Assembly: GCA_963769025.1 (NCBI GenBank)
Contig: CAVYKI010000006.1
Span: forward strand, 64,001 to 128,000
Source of the DNA: an uncultured Verrucomicrobiae bacterium
Lineage (GTDB): Bacteria > Verrucomicrobiota > Verrucomicrobiia > Chthoniobacterales > Chthoniobacteraceae
Length of the DNA: 64,000 nt
Reading direction: 5' to 3'
Numbering within the stretch: position 1 is the stretch's first letter; every line of letters begins with the position of its first letter. Below are positions 44,144-55,910 of this stretch, piece by piece. The notes beneath the pieces were generated by a model. The model was not told the origin of the DNA. It did not search any database and saw nothing but the letters and a program-made list of their open reading frames with translations. The position numbers and the translations under genes are program-made.

Positions 44144-45844
44144 GTGACGAATCAATCCACGCCCGCCAACATCCCGCATCTTGCACGCTGGTGGCCATGG
44201 GCTGCCGGCGGTGCTCAGCGGCGTGTTGCTCGTGTTCAGTTTTCCGCCGTCGGACATCGGCGGATTTGCCTTCATTGCACTGGTTCCGCTGCTCATGGCG
44301 GTGTGGATTCCGCAGGGCGGAAAAAGGCGCGGGCTCTTCCATTTCGGTCTCGGCTACGTGACGGGCCTTGTCTTTTTCGCGACGACATTCCGGTGGCTGT
44401 CCGAGCTGGCGCCGCTCTTTCACGCGCCCGTGCTGAACGGCCTGCCGCTTCTCTTCGCGGCCTACCTTGCGCTTTTTCCAGCCACGTGGGCGTGGCTCGC
44501 GGGCTGGATCGCCGGCGCGTCACTTCCGCCCGGTGCCGCCGCCGGATCCGCTTCTCCCGTTCGAGCGTCCGGTCCTGCTGCTATCCACACGCAATCTCGG
44601 CATCGCCATCTTTTGCGCAGCCGCGTGGGTCGCGCTGGAATGGACGCGCGGATGGCTGATCTCGGGCTTTGGCTGGAACGCGCTCGGCGTCGCGCTGCAC
44701 AGCGAACTTGCGCTCATCCAGATCGCTGAGTTCACCGGCGTGGGCGGCATCAGCTTCCTCCTCGTGATGTGCAATGCGATCGGTCTCATCACCGTCCTGC
44801 GTGTGCGCGCGGAAATCGGGCGCGTCCGGTTGCGGCCCCACTTCGACTTTGCCATCACCGTCGCCCTGGTCGTCTTCGCATTCGGACTACGGCGTCCGCG
44901 TGCTCACCCGTGCGCCGGGCACACCCGAGGACGGAGTGGCGCTGAAGGTCGCCGCGGTGCAGCCGAACATTTTGCAGGAGTGGAAATTCGACCTCGGGCG
45001 CTGGCCGGAAATCTTCGAGCGGATGCGCTCGCTCAGCGACCTCGCGGCGCTGACCGCGCCGGATGTCCTGCTGTGGCCCGAGGCCTCGGTGCCGGGCGGG
45101 ATGATGGGCGATGCGGACACGGTGGCATTCATGCGGGAGCGCGCCGCGCTGGTCCCCGCGATGATCGTGGGCACGGATGACATGAACCGCGGCGCGATCG
45201 GCGAGGATCACAACAGCGCCGCATTCATCCGCACCGGCGAGAGGGAGCCGCAATTTTACGACAAGCGGCAGCTCGTTCCCTTCGGCGAATACCTGCCGTT
45301 CCGTCCGCTGCTCGGCGGCATGCTGGGAAATCTTGTGCCGGGTGACTTCAAACCGGGAAAGGCGCCGGGCGTATTTTCGCTCAAAAACCCGGCGCTGAAG
45401 CTCGGCCCGCTGATTTGCTTTGAGGATACGCGTGCGGACATCACGCGCGAGCAGGTAAGGGCGGGCGCGCACGTGCTGGTGAACCTCACCAATGACGGCT
45501 GGTTTGGGCAGACGGCGGAGCTGGCCCAGCACATGAACGACGCCATCTTCCGCTCGATCGAAAACCGCCGGCCGATGGTGCGCTGCACGAACAACGGAAT
45601 CACCGCGTCGGTGGACAGCTTTGGCCGCGTGGACCGCTGGCTGGAGCCATTCACGCAGGGCGCGGCGACGCGCCGGATCATGGTATCGCAATCGCCGCCG
45701 GAGACATTTTACACGCGGCACGGCGCGGTGTTTGCCGTCGGGTGCACGGTGCTGGTTGCGCTCGCCGGCGGCGCGGTTGCGTTTTCGCGCCGCGCTACTC
45801 GCCGCGCCGGAGGAACTCGACCTTCGCGCTCAGCTCGGGCGTGA
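44144..45844 (+). CDS. lnt: Apolipoprotein N-acyltransferase (indels)
   Basis: WVALEWTRG..GFGWN; VQPNI; WPE; YDKRQLVPFGEYLP; ICFED; TNDGWF; RCTNNGIT. Confidence 0.93.
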
Positions 45845-46790
45845 GGAAGCGGTCCGGGTTTTCGATCTGCACCTTCACCTGCAGCGTGCCCTTCTGGCGG
45901 CTGGCCTCGGGCGCGATCTCCGTGACGGTGCCTGCGTAAACTTTCTCCGGCCATGCCTCGGGGCTGACTCGGCAGCGCTGGCTCATGGTGACTTTCGGAA
46001 GGTCCGCCTCGCTGATGTCCACCTCGACCTGGAGATCGTTCGGGTCGGCGAGCGAGAGCAGCGCATTGCTGGGGCCATGCGTGGTCGAGCCCCCGAAATT
46101 CTGCGGCGTCACCAGTTCGCCGGGATGGGAAAGTTTCTCGAGGATGACGCCGTCGATCGGCGAGCGGATCACCGTCCAGTCGAGCCACACCTGGGCCAAC
46201 GCGCGCGTGCCCTCGAGCTGGCGCACTGGGCCTCGGCGGATGCGACGGCGAGCCGCGCCTCGTCCTCGCGCTCGGCTGTTTCGTTGTGGGTGAGCCGGAG
46301 CTTTCGGACGCGGTCGAAGTTGATTTTCGCGCGTTCCACGCGCGACCCGCGCGGCGGCGAGCTGGCCCTCGATTTCCGCGACGCGGGCCAGTTGCTCGGA
46401 GTCGTCCAGCCGCACGACGATGTCGCCCTTCTTCACGCGGTCGCCTTTTTTCACGCCGATCCACTTCACCTCGTTCATCGTGCGCGGACTGATTTCGATC
46501 CGCTCGCGATTGATGATGTAACCGCTGACAGTCAGGACTGCGTCGCCGGCCTTCGCGGGCTTTTCGCGCGGCGGAGTTGCGATGTTTGTTTCTGCGGATG
46601 TGGTCGCCCGCGTGCCATCGTGGGCTTCCTTGCCCCCGGTGGTGCGTGTGTCCGAGGCCCACGGCTTGGCAACATACAAGGCGACGGCGGTCGCGAGGAT
46701 GACTGCGAGAATGATGAAGCGAAACGAGCCCTGCGAACGCTGGCGGCGGTTCTCCGAGATTTTGATGGTCTGCAACTTGGCCGCGTCCAT
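45795..46790 (-). CDS. Membrane fusion (HlyD/MacA-type) adaptor protein
   Basis: N-terminal TM; VKKGDRVKKGD; IRSPIDGVIL; VEVDISEADL; QKGTLQVKV. Confidence 0.88.
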   Translation of the reverse strand: MDAAKLQTIKISENRRQRSQGSFRFIILAVILATAVALYVAKPWASDTRTTGGKEAHDGTRATTSAETNIATPPREKPAKAGDAVLTVSGYIINRERIEISPRTMNEVKWIGVKKGDRVKKGDIVVRLDDSEQLARVAEIEGQLAAARVARGTRENQLRPRPKAPAHPQRNSRARGRGAARRRIRRGPVRQLEGTRALAQVWLDWTVIRSPIDGVILEKLSHPGELVTPQNFGGSTTHGPSNALLSLADPNDLQVEVDISEADLPKVTMSQRCRVSPEAWPEKVYAGTVTEIAPEASRQKGTLQVKVQIENPDRFLTPELSAKVEFLRRGE

Positions 46791-46810
46791 TGCGGGCACT
46801 GTAACGCGGT

Positions 46811-47977
46811 TCAGACCGCCTTCAATGCCTCGATCACCGGCATGCGCGATGCGCGCATCGCGGGCAGCAACGCGCCGAGCACGCCCACGACCGCGGCGAA
46901 GACGAGGCCCTTTGCGATGACGGACGGGGTGACCGTCAGCTGAAACACGATTTCGCTGAACGTCTGGAAATTGAACGTGCCCGTCTTGTAGCCGTTGACC
47001 GCGAGCGATGCGGCGCCGCCGATGACGCCGCCGACAAAGGCGAGGCACGCACCTTCGAGCAGGATCGCGCTGACGATGGAGCGCCGGCGGAAGCCGAGCA
47101 CGCGTAGCGTTCCGATTTCCCGCGTCCGCGCGCCGACGCTCGCGTACATCGTGTTCATCGCCGCGAGGACCGCGCCGACGGACATCACCGTTGCGATGAC
47201 ATTCCCTGCAAAGCGGATCGGCCCGGCGGTCTTCGTCTGCTCGGCGTAGTAGCTCGTCTCAGCGACGACGCGCACGGTGAGGCGGCGGTCGTCCTCGAGG
47301 CGCTGTTTCAGCCGCACACCGGCAGCCGCATCCACCGGGCGGATGAGGAGGCTCGCATAGTTGGCGCGGTTGAAAATTGCGCGCGCCTCGTCGGAGTCCA
47401 TCCACGTCTCCGAGTCGAACGCGCTCCCGCCGGCATCGAAATGGCCCACGACCGTGAGCGTCCGGGTGCCGAGTCTGATTTCATCGCCGGGATTCATCCC
47501 GGTGAATCTCCGCGCGAGGCGGGCGCTCACGGTGACCTCGCGTTTGCCGGGCGAAAACCAGCGGCCTGCGACGAGCGTCACCTGCGGGCGGAGCGACGGG
47601 CCGTTTGGCGACACGCCGCGGAAGATGACGTTTGCGCCGCCCTCGGAGCCGGCGGCACGCTGGAGGTAGGCGGCGACGAGCGTGTCTGCGGAAATGAGCG
47701 GCTTGCCGGCCTCGTCGCGCGCGATTTCCTCCGCGTATTGGATCGAGCGCAGGTCATCGAGGGTGATCTGGCTTGTGGATTCGGAGTCCGCGCCCTTGCG
47801 GACGACGAGCAGGTTGCGTGGGTCGCCGGTGGTGCCGCCGGCGGTTTCGAGACCGGTTGCCAGCGCCTGCATGAGGATCCACACAAAGACGACCGCCGCG
47901 ACTCCGAGCACCGTAGCCAGCGTCGAGCGCCATCGGATGAAGACGTTGCGCAGGCTGTATCGGAGCGGCAGTGCCAT
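46811..47977 (-). CDS. ABC transporter permease (MacB/FtsX type)
   Basis: LRYSLRN; NTMYASVGARTREIGTLRVLGF; LPAMRASR. Confidence 0.92.
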   Translation of the reverse strand: MALPLRYSLRNVFIRWRSTLATVLGVAAVVFVWILMQALATGLETAGGTTGDPRNLLVVRKGADSESTSQITLDDLRSIQYAEEIARDEAGKPLISADTLVAAYLQRAAGSEGGANVIFRGVSPNGPSLRPQVTLVAGRWFSPGKREVTVSARLARRFTGMNPGDEIRLGTRTLTVVGHFDAGGSAFDSETWMDSDEARAIFNRANYASLLIRPVDAAAGVRLKQRLEDDRRLTVRVVAETSYYAEQTKTAGPIRFAGNVIATVMSVGAVLAAMNTMYASVGARTREIGTLRVLGFRRRSIVSAILLEGACLAFVGGVIGGAASLAVNGYKTGTFNFQTFSEIVFQLTVTPSVIAKGLVFAAVVGVLGALLPAMRASRMPVIEALKAV

Positions 47978-48007
47978 TTCCGCGATGCGGGACGCGCTGC
48001 CGCCGCC

Positions 48008-49014
48008 TTATTGCGGCGGCGGTCCGGGCGGCGGCGTTCCCGTGCTCTTGAACGTCTGGAGCGCCGCCTTGTCGCGCTCGGTGCGCTGTTCGAGCACCTG
48101 CTTGAGCGTGTTCACCTGGTCGGGCGAGAGCGTCTTGGCCGCATTTTGCAGGACACGGGTCTGGTAGTCCTGCTGCTGTTTTTCCCATGCAGCGAATGTC
48201 GAATCGTCCTTGAGCAGATTCAGGACGGTGCCCGGGTCGTTCTTCGAGGGATCGAACGGATTGGCCGGCGAGTTTTCCCGTTCGGTTTGCATGAGATCGA
48301 TCAGCCCCTCCTTTTGCGCCTCCGCCAGCGGCGTGCCGGCGGAGTTGAATTCGTCCGCGAACTGGTTGACGGCCGTGCGTTCGGGCACCGACCCCTCGTA
48401 TTCGCTGAACTGGTCGTAGCCTGCATCGCCGAGCGTGGCCTTGAGCTTGTCGCCAAATTCGCCCTCGACGGCCTTGAGCCTCGCCGCCGTCTCCTCGGCA
48501 CTCCCTCCCGTGGCGCGTGCCGTGACGATCGCGGTCTGCCGGTCCGCCAGCAATCCCATGAGCACCGTGGTGTCCTGCGGGGAAAGTTTCATCTTCTTTG
48601 CAAACGCGGCGTATTGCGTGCGGACCCTCGCCGCGGACTGGGTGCGGAACATCTTCTGTCCCTCTGGCGAGTTCATCATCGCGATGAATGCGCCCATGTT
48701 CGGCCTCCTGGGATCCCCGGGGCCGCCGCGGGAGGGGCGCCGTCGGGTCCGGCTTCCGGTCCGCGCGGCTGCTTCGCCTGAACCTGCAGGCGATCGCGTT
48801 CGCGCGTGAGGCGGTCCACATTCTCCCGCAGGGGATCCGTGGCGGCGAGTGCGGCCTTTTCACCGGCGAGCGCGGTGTCCCGCTCCGCGGTGAGTGCGGC
48901 GATCCGCGCGTCGCGCTCGGCGAGCTGGCCATGGTAGCGGAATGCAAACCACGAGCCGCCCGTCGCGGTCAATGCGAGGAGGACGATGAGGATTCTTCTT
49001 GATATGGTAGTCAT
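48008..49014 (-). CDS. Membrane-anchored coiled-coil hypothetical protein (indel near 48700)
   Basis: MTTISRRILIVLLAL TM, coiled coil, YAAFAKKMKLSPQ...TLSPDQ helical domain. Confidence 0.7.
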
Positions 49015-49189
49015 TGGTGATCTCCGGCCGGGCGTGGGCCGGCGTCCCGCGTTCATCGGCACTTGCTTGTCGTGAACGCCCTGGTGGAAGCAAAGGGATT
49101 GTTCATGGAACAGCATCCCTGAGAGGCTATCGGGCGTCAAGTGTGCCGCGGATGCTTGCGTGCATGCGCTTCTTCGCGATGCTCCGGCG

Positions 49190-50097
49190 ATGTTTCGCCT
49201 TTCCGCCGGCCTCGCCCTCTTTCTCTCGTTGCCCTGCATGCGGAGGATCGGTTCGTCGTGGACGACGAGGCATTCGAAGCAACCGCCACCGCCGCCGCCA
49301 CCGCGCTGCACAAGCAGGGAAAACTGGTGTCCCTCAAGAAACTCCGCACGCAGCTCAAGCGCGCACACTGCGAACTGGCGTTGCCCGAGCCGCGGAAGGA
49401 AAAGCTCCGCCCGCCGGAAATTTACCGCCTCGTCCGCACCAGCACCGTCGTCGTGGCGACATTTTACGAGTGCACCGAGTGCAGGAAGTGGCATTTCGAC
49501 AGCGCGTCCGGCTTCGTCGCCGCGGATGGCGTGGTGAGCACGTGCGAGCATGTCGTGAATTTCGAGGACGACGAAATGAAGGACGGATTCCTCGTGGTCG
49601 CGGATGCGAAGGGGCGCGTCTTTCCCGTCACGGAAGTCCTCGCAGCCAATGCCGATTCGGACACCTGCCTGCTCCGCGTGGCCGGCCTCGATCTGCCTCC
49701 GCTCCCGCTCAGTCGGACGGCCCAGGTCGGCGATCCCGTCTTCTGCCTCAGCCACCCGGATGGCAACCACTGGATGTTCACCGCCGGGATGCTGTCGCGC
49801 TTTTTCATCAACCGTGAGGCCGCCACCGACGGCGACAAACCGCCGCAGAAAACGCAGGTCGCGCCTTCGCTCTACATCAATGTCACCGCCGAGTATTCAC
49901 CCGGCAGCAGCGGTGCGCCGGTCGTGGATCGAAAGCGGAAACGTCGTCGGCCAGGTCGAGAGCATCACCTCCAGCATCGAGGACGAAGGGAGGACGGCAA
50001 AACGGTCTCGGCCAGTTACGGCATGCCGCTCCGCTCGTGTGTCGCCGCGGAGGAGATATTGAAGCTAATGCGTTCGGCGGAAAGTCGGGAAAAGTGA
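49190..50097 (+). CDS. Exported trypsin-like (S1C) serine protease (indels)
   Basis: ASGFV..STCEHVV (His), DTCLL (Asp), YSPGSSGAPV (Ser); CTEC insert. Confidence 0.82.
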
Positions 50098-50753
50098 CCT
50101 CCGCCGCTTACTTAAACGCCGCCATTGGCGCAGGCGGCTTGATGGCCTGCCGGTCTGCCTCAATCAACTTCCGTTCTGCGATGCAATCGGTGCATTGATA
50201 CACCAGCGCGCTCACAGGTTCGCCCAGGGAGGAGCGCGTTTCCCGGCGGAGAACGATCCGCTCCGCGCCGAAACGGGAACCGGGCCGTCGCCGCCAGATG
50301 CTCGGACGCCACTGCCGGCGACCAAGCCCAATGCGCTTCCGTCAAAGACGATCGGGAACTTCGCGGACGTTGCATTTTCTCGACGATGCACCGGGCATGA
50401 TGTCGTTGGCGGCGTCGGTAGCGAGGTGCCGCGGGTGCGGCGACCTGCCCGACGGAGATGCTGCGCCGCGATCCGACGCATCGCTGTGCTCGCTGACGGT
50501 GATGCGACCCGCGGCACGCCGAGCGTTCGCCCTCGTTCCCGGGTCCGGATAGCAGTCCCTGCGTCGGAACTGCCGCCCGCCGGTTCGCAGGACGGGCGCA
50601 CCAGCATCCCGAGTGGTGCGAGAGATGGAGGATCAGGCGCGCATGGGACGTGGTACGGGAACTGCCTCGGCAAGGTAGCACACGATCGGCGTGGCCCTTG
50701 CGCAATGGGTATCTGCCGGACGGCGCCGTCGACGGCGCGTCCTGCCAAGGCAA

Positions 50754-50791
50754 ACACCCCGCGCTGGCCGGGCACACTCCGCGCGGGGTGT
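50754..50791 (-). terminator. Hairpin downstream of the oxidoreductase gene
   Basis: 11-bp inverted repeat ACACCCCGCGC / GCGCGGGGTGT; weak U-tract. Confidence 0.4.
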
Positions 50792-50817
50792 GAATGCTCT
50801 TGCTGGCGGTGTCGTGC

Positions 50818-52173
50818 CTAGACGACCGCCGTCTTGCCGGGGATGGCGCGCGGATACATGCCGTTCGGGCCGGGCTTCGGACCGGCGTCGGCGTCCCAGG
50901 CGAGGTTCTTCGGGAAGAGTGTCGATCTTCGAGTCGAGCGCGGCGTCCCACTCGAGTTCCTTGCCGGAGTAGGTGGCCATGCGGCCGAGGATCGCGGTCA
51001 TCGTGCTCTTCGCGCCGTACTCGGCTTCGTTGTACGGCTTGTTGTTGCGGATGCCGTCGAAGAGATCGTCGTGCTCCTGCTGGTACGGATCCTTGGCGCC
51101 CTCGGCCTTGTAGCGCCACTGGTTCGTCGCCGTCAGGATCTTGTAGCCGCTGATCGTCGGCCGTGCCCTTGGTGCCCTGCGACATGCTCGGAGACGTTGT
51201 TCCAGCAGCCGGGCTGTGGCGGCACTAGCTGAAGCAGAGCGAGCCGTCCTCGTATTCGAACTCGCACGGCGAAGTGATCGAAGATTTCGCCGTAGTCCTT
51301 GCCGCCGCGGACTTCGCGGCCGCCCATGCCGCGGGCCTTCACCGGGATGGCCCTTCTTGACCCAGTTGATGACGTCGAGGTTGTGGATGTGCTGCTCGCC
51401 GATGTGATCGCCGCAGATCCAGGTGAAGTAGTACCAGTTGCGCATCTGGTATTCCATCTCGGTCAGCTTGCGGCCGGCTGCTTCTCGAGATCGGCGCGCT
51501 TTTTCAGCCAGGGGCGCTGGCCGTTCCAGTAGGCGCGCATCGAGACGATGTCGCCGATCGCGCCGTCGTGCAGCCGCTTGATCGTTTCGAGGTAGCCGGC
51601 CTGGTGATGGCGCTGCAGGCCGACGCCGACCTTGAGGTTCTTCTTCTTCGCTTCCGCCGCGGCGGCGAGCACCCGGCGCACGCCGGCGGCATCGGTCGCC
51701 ACCGGCTTCTCCATGAAGACGTGTTTGCCCTGGCTTGCACGGCTTCCTCGAACTGCATCGGGCGGAAGCCGGGAGGCGTGGCGAGGATGACGACATCGGC
51801 CGGCGCGATCGCCTGCTTGTAGGCGTCGAAGCCGACGAACTGGCGCTCCTTCGGGACAGCCGACGGTCGCCGTGCTTGCCTGCAAATTCGCGAGCGAGGA
51901 GGCCATCCGGTCCTCGTGGACATCGGCCATGGCGACGAGCTTCACCGGCCCGAGGTTCGAAGTGCTGAGCGCCTGGTTGGCCGCGCCGGAGCCGCGTCCG
52001 CCGCAACCGACGAGCGCGAGCTTGAGCTCATCTCCGCCCGAGACGCCGAGGGCAAAGCGGGCAGGGGAGAGCGCGCCGACGAGTGCAGCTCCTCCGAGCG
52101 CCGCGCTGCCGCGCTGGAGAAAGCTGCGGCGGGTGAACTGATCCGGGGTGATGATTCTGGGTTCCTGATTCAT
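50818..52173 (-). CDS. Tat-exported Gfo/Idh/MocA oxidoreductase (indels)
   Basis: TRRSFLQ twin-arginine signal; [40 protein letters not shown]. Confidence 0.92.
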
Positions 52174-52457
52174 GATGGGTTGTGGGTTTCGATGGAGTGA
52201 AGGGGCGCGAGCCTAGAGCATTTCGAGCGGGCTTGGCTACGCCCGAATGACCGGGGGCCGCGGAATTTCTTTGCTGCCCTGACTTCGGAAACGATGACAA
52301 AAACGCAAGTACCGCCGTCCGCCGGAAATGGAGCGATCGCGTGCGACAGCGCCGGTTCCATGGGTGAACCAATGTGCTTTCAATCGCTGTCGATGGAGCA
52401 TGAAAAACGCGGCTTGCGAATCGAGCCGGGAGCCGTGACACGGGAAGTGCCGTTTCT

Positions 52458-53135
52458 ATGAAGACACTCGTTCTCGCTGCCGCCGCTTTGGTTTCCACGA
52501 TCGCCAGCGCCGCCGAAACGGCGTCCCCCGCCGGGGCCTTCGATCTTCAGAATTGGAAGCTCCAGATCCCCGGGCCGAAGGAGGTCAGACAGCTCACCGG
52601 CTATTCCTCCGGATACTTCTCCCTGAACGAAAACCGCGAGATGGTCTTCAAGCTCGACGCCGCGGAGAAGGGGGACGACGCCCAACACCGAGTACGTCGG
52701 TTCCGAACTGCGCCACCTTCCGGAATGGCGGGTGAACGAACCGCACAGCCTGGCCGCCGAGGTGAAGGTCTCCTCCCGTCTCGATCCGGACAAGGTCACT
52801 GTCCTGCAGATCCACGGCATCGGGAAGACGGCGGCAAGGGCCCGCCGCTCGCTGCATCGCGCTCGCAGAAGGGCGGCCTTTTCGCCGGACGAAGACGGAC
52901 AAGGCCGGCAAGCGCCACCTGATTCCGTCCTGCTCAAAAAGGGTATCGGCACGGACTGGTTCAGGTCGAGATTGGCATCGCGAACGGCCAGCTCGAAGTC
53001 ACCGTGGACAACGAGCGGAAGCTCAGCCGGGACCTCGCCTACTGGAAATTCCCGAACTACTTCAAGGCAGGCTGCTACCCGCAGGCTACCAAAGGCACCG
53101 TGGAGGTCGTTTTCCGGAAGCTGACGGCGAAGTGA
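52458..53135 (+). CDS. Polysaccharide lyase family 7 (alginate lyase), indels
   Basis: FDLQNWKLQIP; (R)SELRH; VLQIHG; NYFKAGCYPQ. Confidence 0.88.
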
Positions 53136-53229
53136 GCAAACGTGGCTGTAGTCGTCGCGCCTGCGTAGTCGTGGAAAACGAGCTCGGCCGGAATGGCCAT
53201 CCCAGCCGGGAGACGGTGGTGGAGCGGCC

Positions 53230-53523
53230 TTACGGGCGGCTTCCGAACCTGGGGTCGTGCATTGGTTCCTCCGGCGGTGGCGTATAGAGTCGGATGCGCG
53301 GCGTCTCCTTTTCCGGCATGGGCTGCACGACCCCGCTCATGTCGTCGCTGGCTGTGATGACCAGATGCGCAGTGAGCCACACGGCGGCGCAGATGAGCAG
53401 CACGCAGAGCAGCTTGCACCCGACCACGGCGGGTGTGTTTTCATTTGGGCGCCAGCAACGCGGACACGTTTTGCGTGTCCAGCTGTACTGTGTCCGGCAA
53501 TTTTCGCAGCGGGCGTTGAACAT
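53230..53523 (-). CDS. Small zinc-ribbon single-TM protein
   Basis: CENC..CPRC followed by a hydrophobic segment. Confidence 0.6.
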   Translation of the reverse strand: MFNARCENCRTQYSWTRKTCPRCWRPNENTPAVVGCKLLCVLLICAAVWLTAHLVITASDDMSGVVQPMPEKETPRIRLYTPPPEEPMHDPRFGSRP

Positions 53524-53653
53524 TTCCTGGTAGCGGGCCCCTCCTTCGCCCTCAGACTTACAAACCCAGATCGGCGGCGTTTGTTACCGGTTTCCTGAAG
53601 GTTTCTGTCCTAAATGTTGCGGTCGCGATGCCGGGGCCGCTGCGATGCAGGCG

Positions 53654-55183
53654 CTATCTTGGCTTCGGCCACTCCACGACGAAGCCGCCCACGTACTTCG
53701 TCGCATCCGGGGTGCTTTGCAGCATTTCCTTCCACGCGAAACCCTTCCCGCCCACCGGCGCGAGCGTGAGCCATGCGGCGCCGCTCAGCTCGGCCTGCCC
53801 GGCTCCCAGTCGGTGAAGGTGAACGGCTTGCCGGTGATCCACGTCCACGGGCCTCCGTTCTCGGTGCGGATGCCTCCCAGCCAGACCTGGTGCCCCCGCC
53901 TCGGCATCGCCGTTGCGCAGATCGTGTTCAAAACATCGCGCTCTCCGGCACTGCTGATGGTGGCGAGATTCCTCCCATGGCCTTGGCTCGCGCCGCGGCT
54001 TCCGTCCACGAGACTTGCTCCTTTACGAGGAGGTAGCGGTAGTTGCCAACGCGCGCGCGTCCCTTGCACCCGGCCGCGCCGGGAGGGTGTTGGCGCCGCG
54101 CCGCCAGCGGATCGCCGCGGCGGGGATCGCGAGGCCGAGGATTGCGACGACGCTGAAAATGACGGTCATTTTCCGCCGGCTGCTGCGGGTGCCGCCCGTC
54201 GTCGCGCGCTTCGCGACCGTGCGCTTGAGGATTGGCTCGATGGCATTTCGCAGCTCGGTCGCGCTGCCGTAGCGGGCCGCGGGATTCCGCCGGAGCGTGC
54301 GGGCAAGGATGAGGTCGAGCTGCTTGTCGAGGCCGGGACGGCCCGGGACGGCAGGACGTAGCCGGGGAGGGGGATTTTCCCCGTGAGCATGTAGTAGAGC
54401 ATGACGCCGACGGCGTAGATGTCCGCGCGGTGATCCACTTTCGCCGCGTCCGTCAGCGCCTCGGGTGCCATGAATTCCGGCGTGCCCATCGCAACGTGCG
54501 TCATCGTGAGCGACGCGGTCCCGGGAGCGGTGCATTTTGCGAGGCCGAAGTCGGCGACCTTCACGGCAACTGGCTCTCGTCGAGCATGATGTTCGAGGGC
54601 TTGATGTCGCGATGGATGATCCCGTGCGCGTGTGCGCACGCGAGGGCGTCGCAAACCGCGACGGTGATGCGCAGTGCCTCGGAGGGTTCCAAAGGTCCAC
54701 GCTCCTTGACCAGCCGATGGACGTCGGTCCCGTCCACACATTCCATGACGAAATAAAGCAGCCCGCCGGAGGTCTCGCCCGCGCCGTACACGGAGACGAT
54801 TCTGCCGTGCCTGAGCTGCGCCATCGCGTTGCCCTCGCGCTTGAACCGCTCGGCGAAATCCGAGATGCCATCGTCAGCTGTCGGCGGGAGGATTTTGATT
54901 GCGACGAAGCGGTTGAGGCTCCTGTGCCAACCCTTGGCACCGCGCCCATTCCACCGCGCCCGAGGAGGCTGCGGATTTCGTGATCCGGAAAATCCGCCTG
55001 GAGCTCCTCCGGCGACGGCGGGTCCCAGTCGCCGGGCCCGCTCTTCCTGCAGGCGATGCCAAACATGGCCCCAAGCGCCGCCTCCGGCAGCGCCGTCCCC
55101 GGAGACGGCTCATCCGTGCCCGGCGCGCTGGCGGGCTCCGGTGGGAGGCTGCGTTTGTCTTGGGTTTCCACGTGCGGTGTCAT
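53654..55183 (-). CDS. Hanks-type Ser/Thr kinase with TM helix and C-terminal C-type lectin-like domain (indels)
   Basis: GRGGMGAV, VAIKIL, HRDIKPSN, DFGLAK, GTPEFMAPE; TM VIFSVVAILGLAIPAAAI; SWTEA..LATISSAGE..VWLGG..WTWITG..FTDWEPG. Confidence 0.88.
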
Positions 55184-55254
55184 CCGGGGGACGACGCCTC
55201 GAGCAGCTATCGAAACGGCCCGCGAAACGCAAGCGCCCGGCGCGGTCCGGCGGG

Positions 55255-55698
55255 CTATTTCTGCTGCCGGACCAGATCGGCGAAGCGCGCGAGTTGGTCG
55301 GCCTCCGCAGCGCTGCCTTCCTTGCGGAGCTTCTGCGCCTTCGCTTCGAGTTTCGCGACTAGGATGCGCCGTGCGTCGTCCGTCCCGGCTGCGAGCCTGG
55401 AGCGGGCTTCCGCGGAAAGTTGCGACAGCTCCGCTTCCACGCTCTGCCACGCGTCGCGCGCCTTTGGCGAATCGATGGTGCCCTCCGCAAGCCGCGTCCA
55501 CTGCTGCGGCAGCAGGTCCGTTCGCCCGGTCCACCCGTCGCGGACAAACCAAAACACGCCGGCCGCGAGCACCACCACCACGGCAAGCGTGATCATTTTC
55601 AGAAGCCCGCGCAGCAGCAGCGAGAAGATGAGCAGCGCCACCGCCGCGGCACCGCAGGCGAGCACCTTGTCGGTGAATAAATGCCGCCAGCCGTCCAC
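55255..55698 (-). CDS. Hypothetical membrane protein (two TM helices plus helical C-terminus); start uncertain
   Basis: ALLIFSLLLRGLLKMITLAVVVVLAAGVFWFV followed by charged helices. Confidence 0.65.
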   Translation of the reverse strand: MDGWRHLFTDKVLACGAAAVALLIFSLLLRGLLKMITLAVVVVLAAGVFWFVRDGWTGRTDLLPQQWTRLAEGTIDSPKARDAWQSVEAELSQLSAEARSRLAAGTDDARRILVAKLEAKAQKLRKEGSAAEADQLARFADLVRQQK

Positions 55699-55910
55699 AC
55701 TCGGAGCCGCCGCCGCGACGTTCGCGAAGCAGACGGCGCAGAGCGCGGGGAGGACGGAGCTGACGGCTTCTCCGCCGGGCAGCGCCTGCCGCCCGGGAGT
55801 TTTGGCTGGTGAAGGGTGAATGGTGGCCTCGGGTTGAATCTCGAGACTCGATACGCGATGCCACGCCCTTCCGGGTTCTGAACGCCGCCACCGCACCCAC
55901 CCACACGGAT

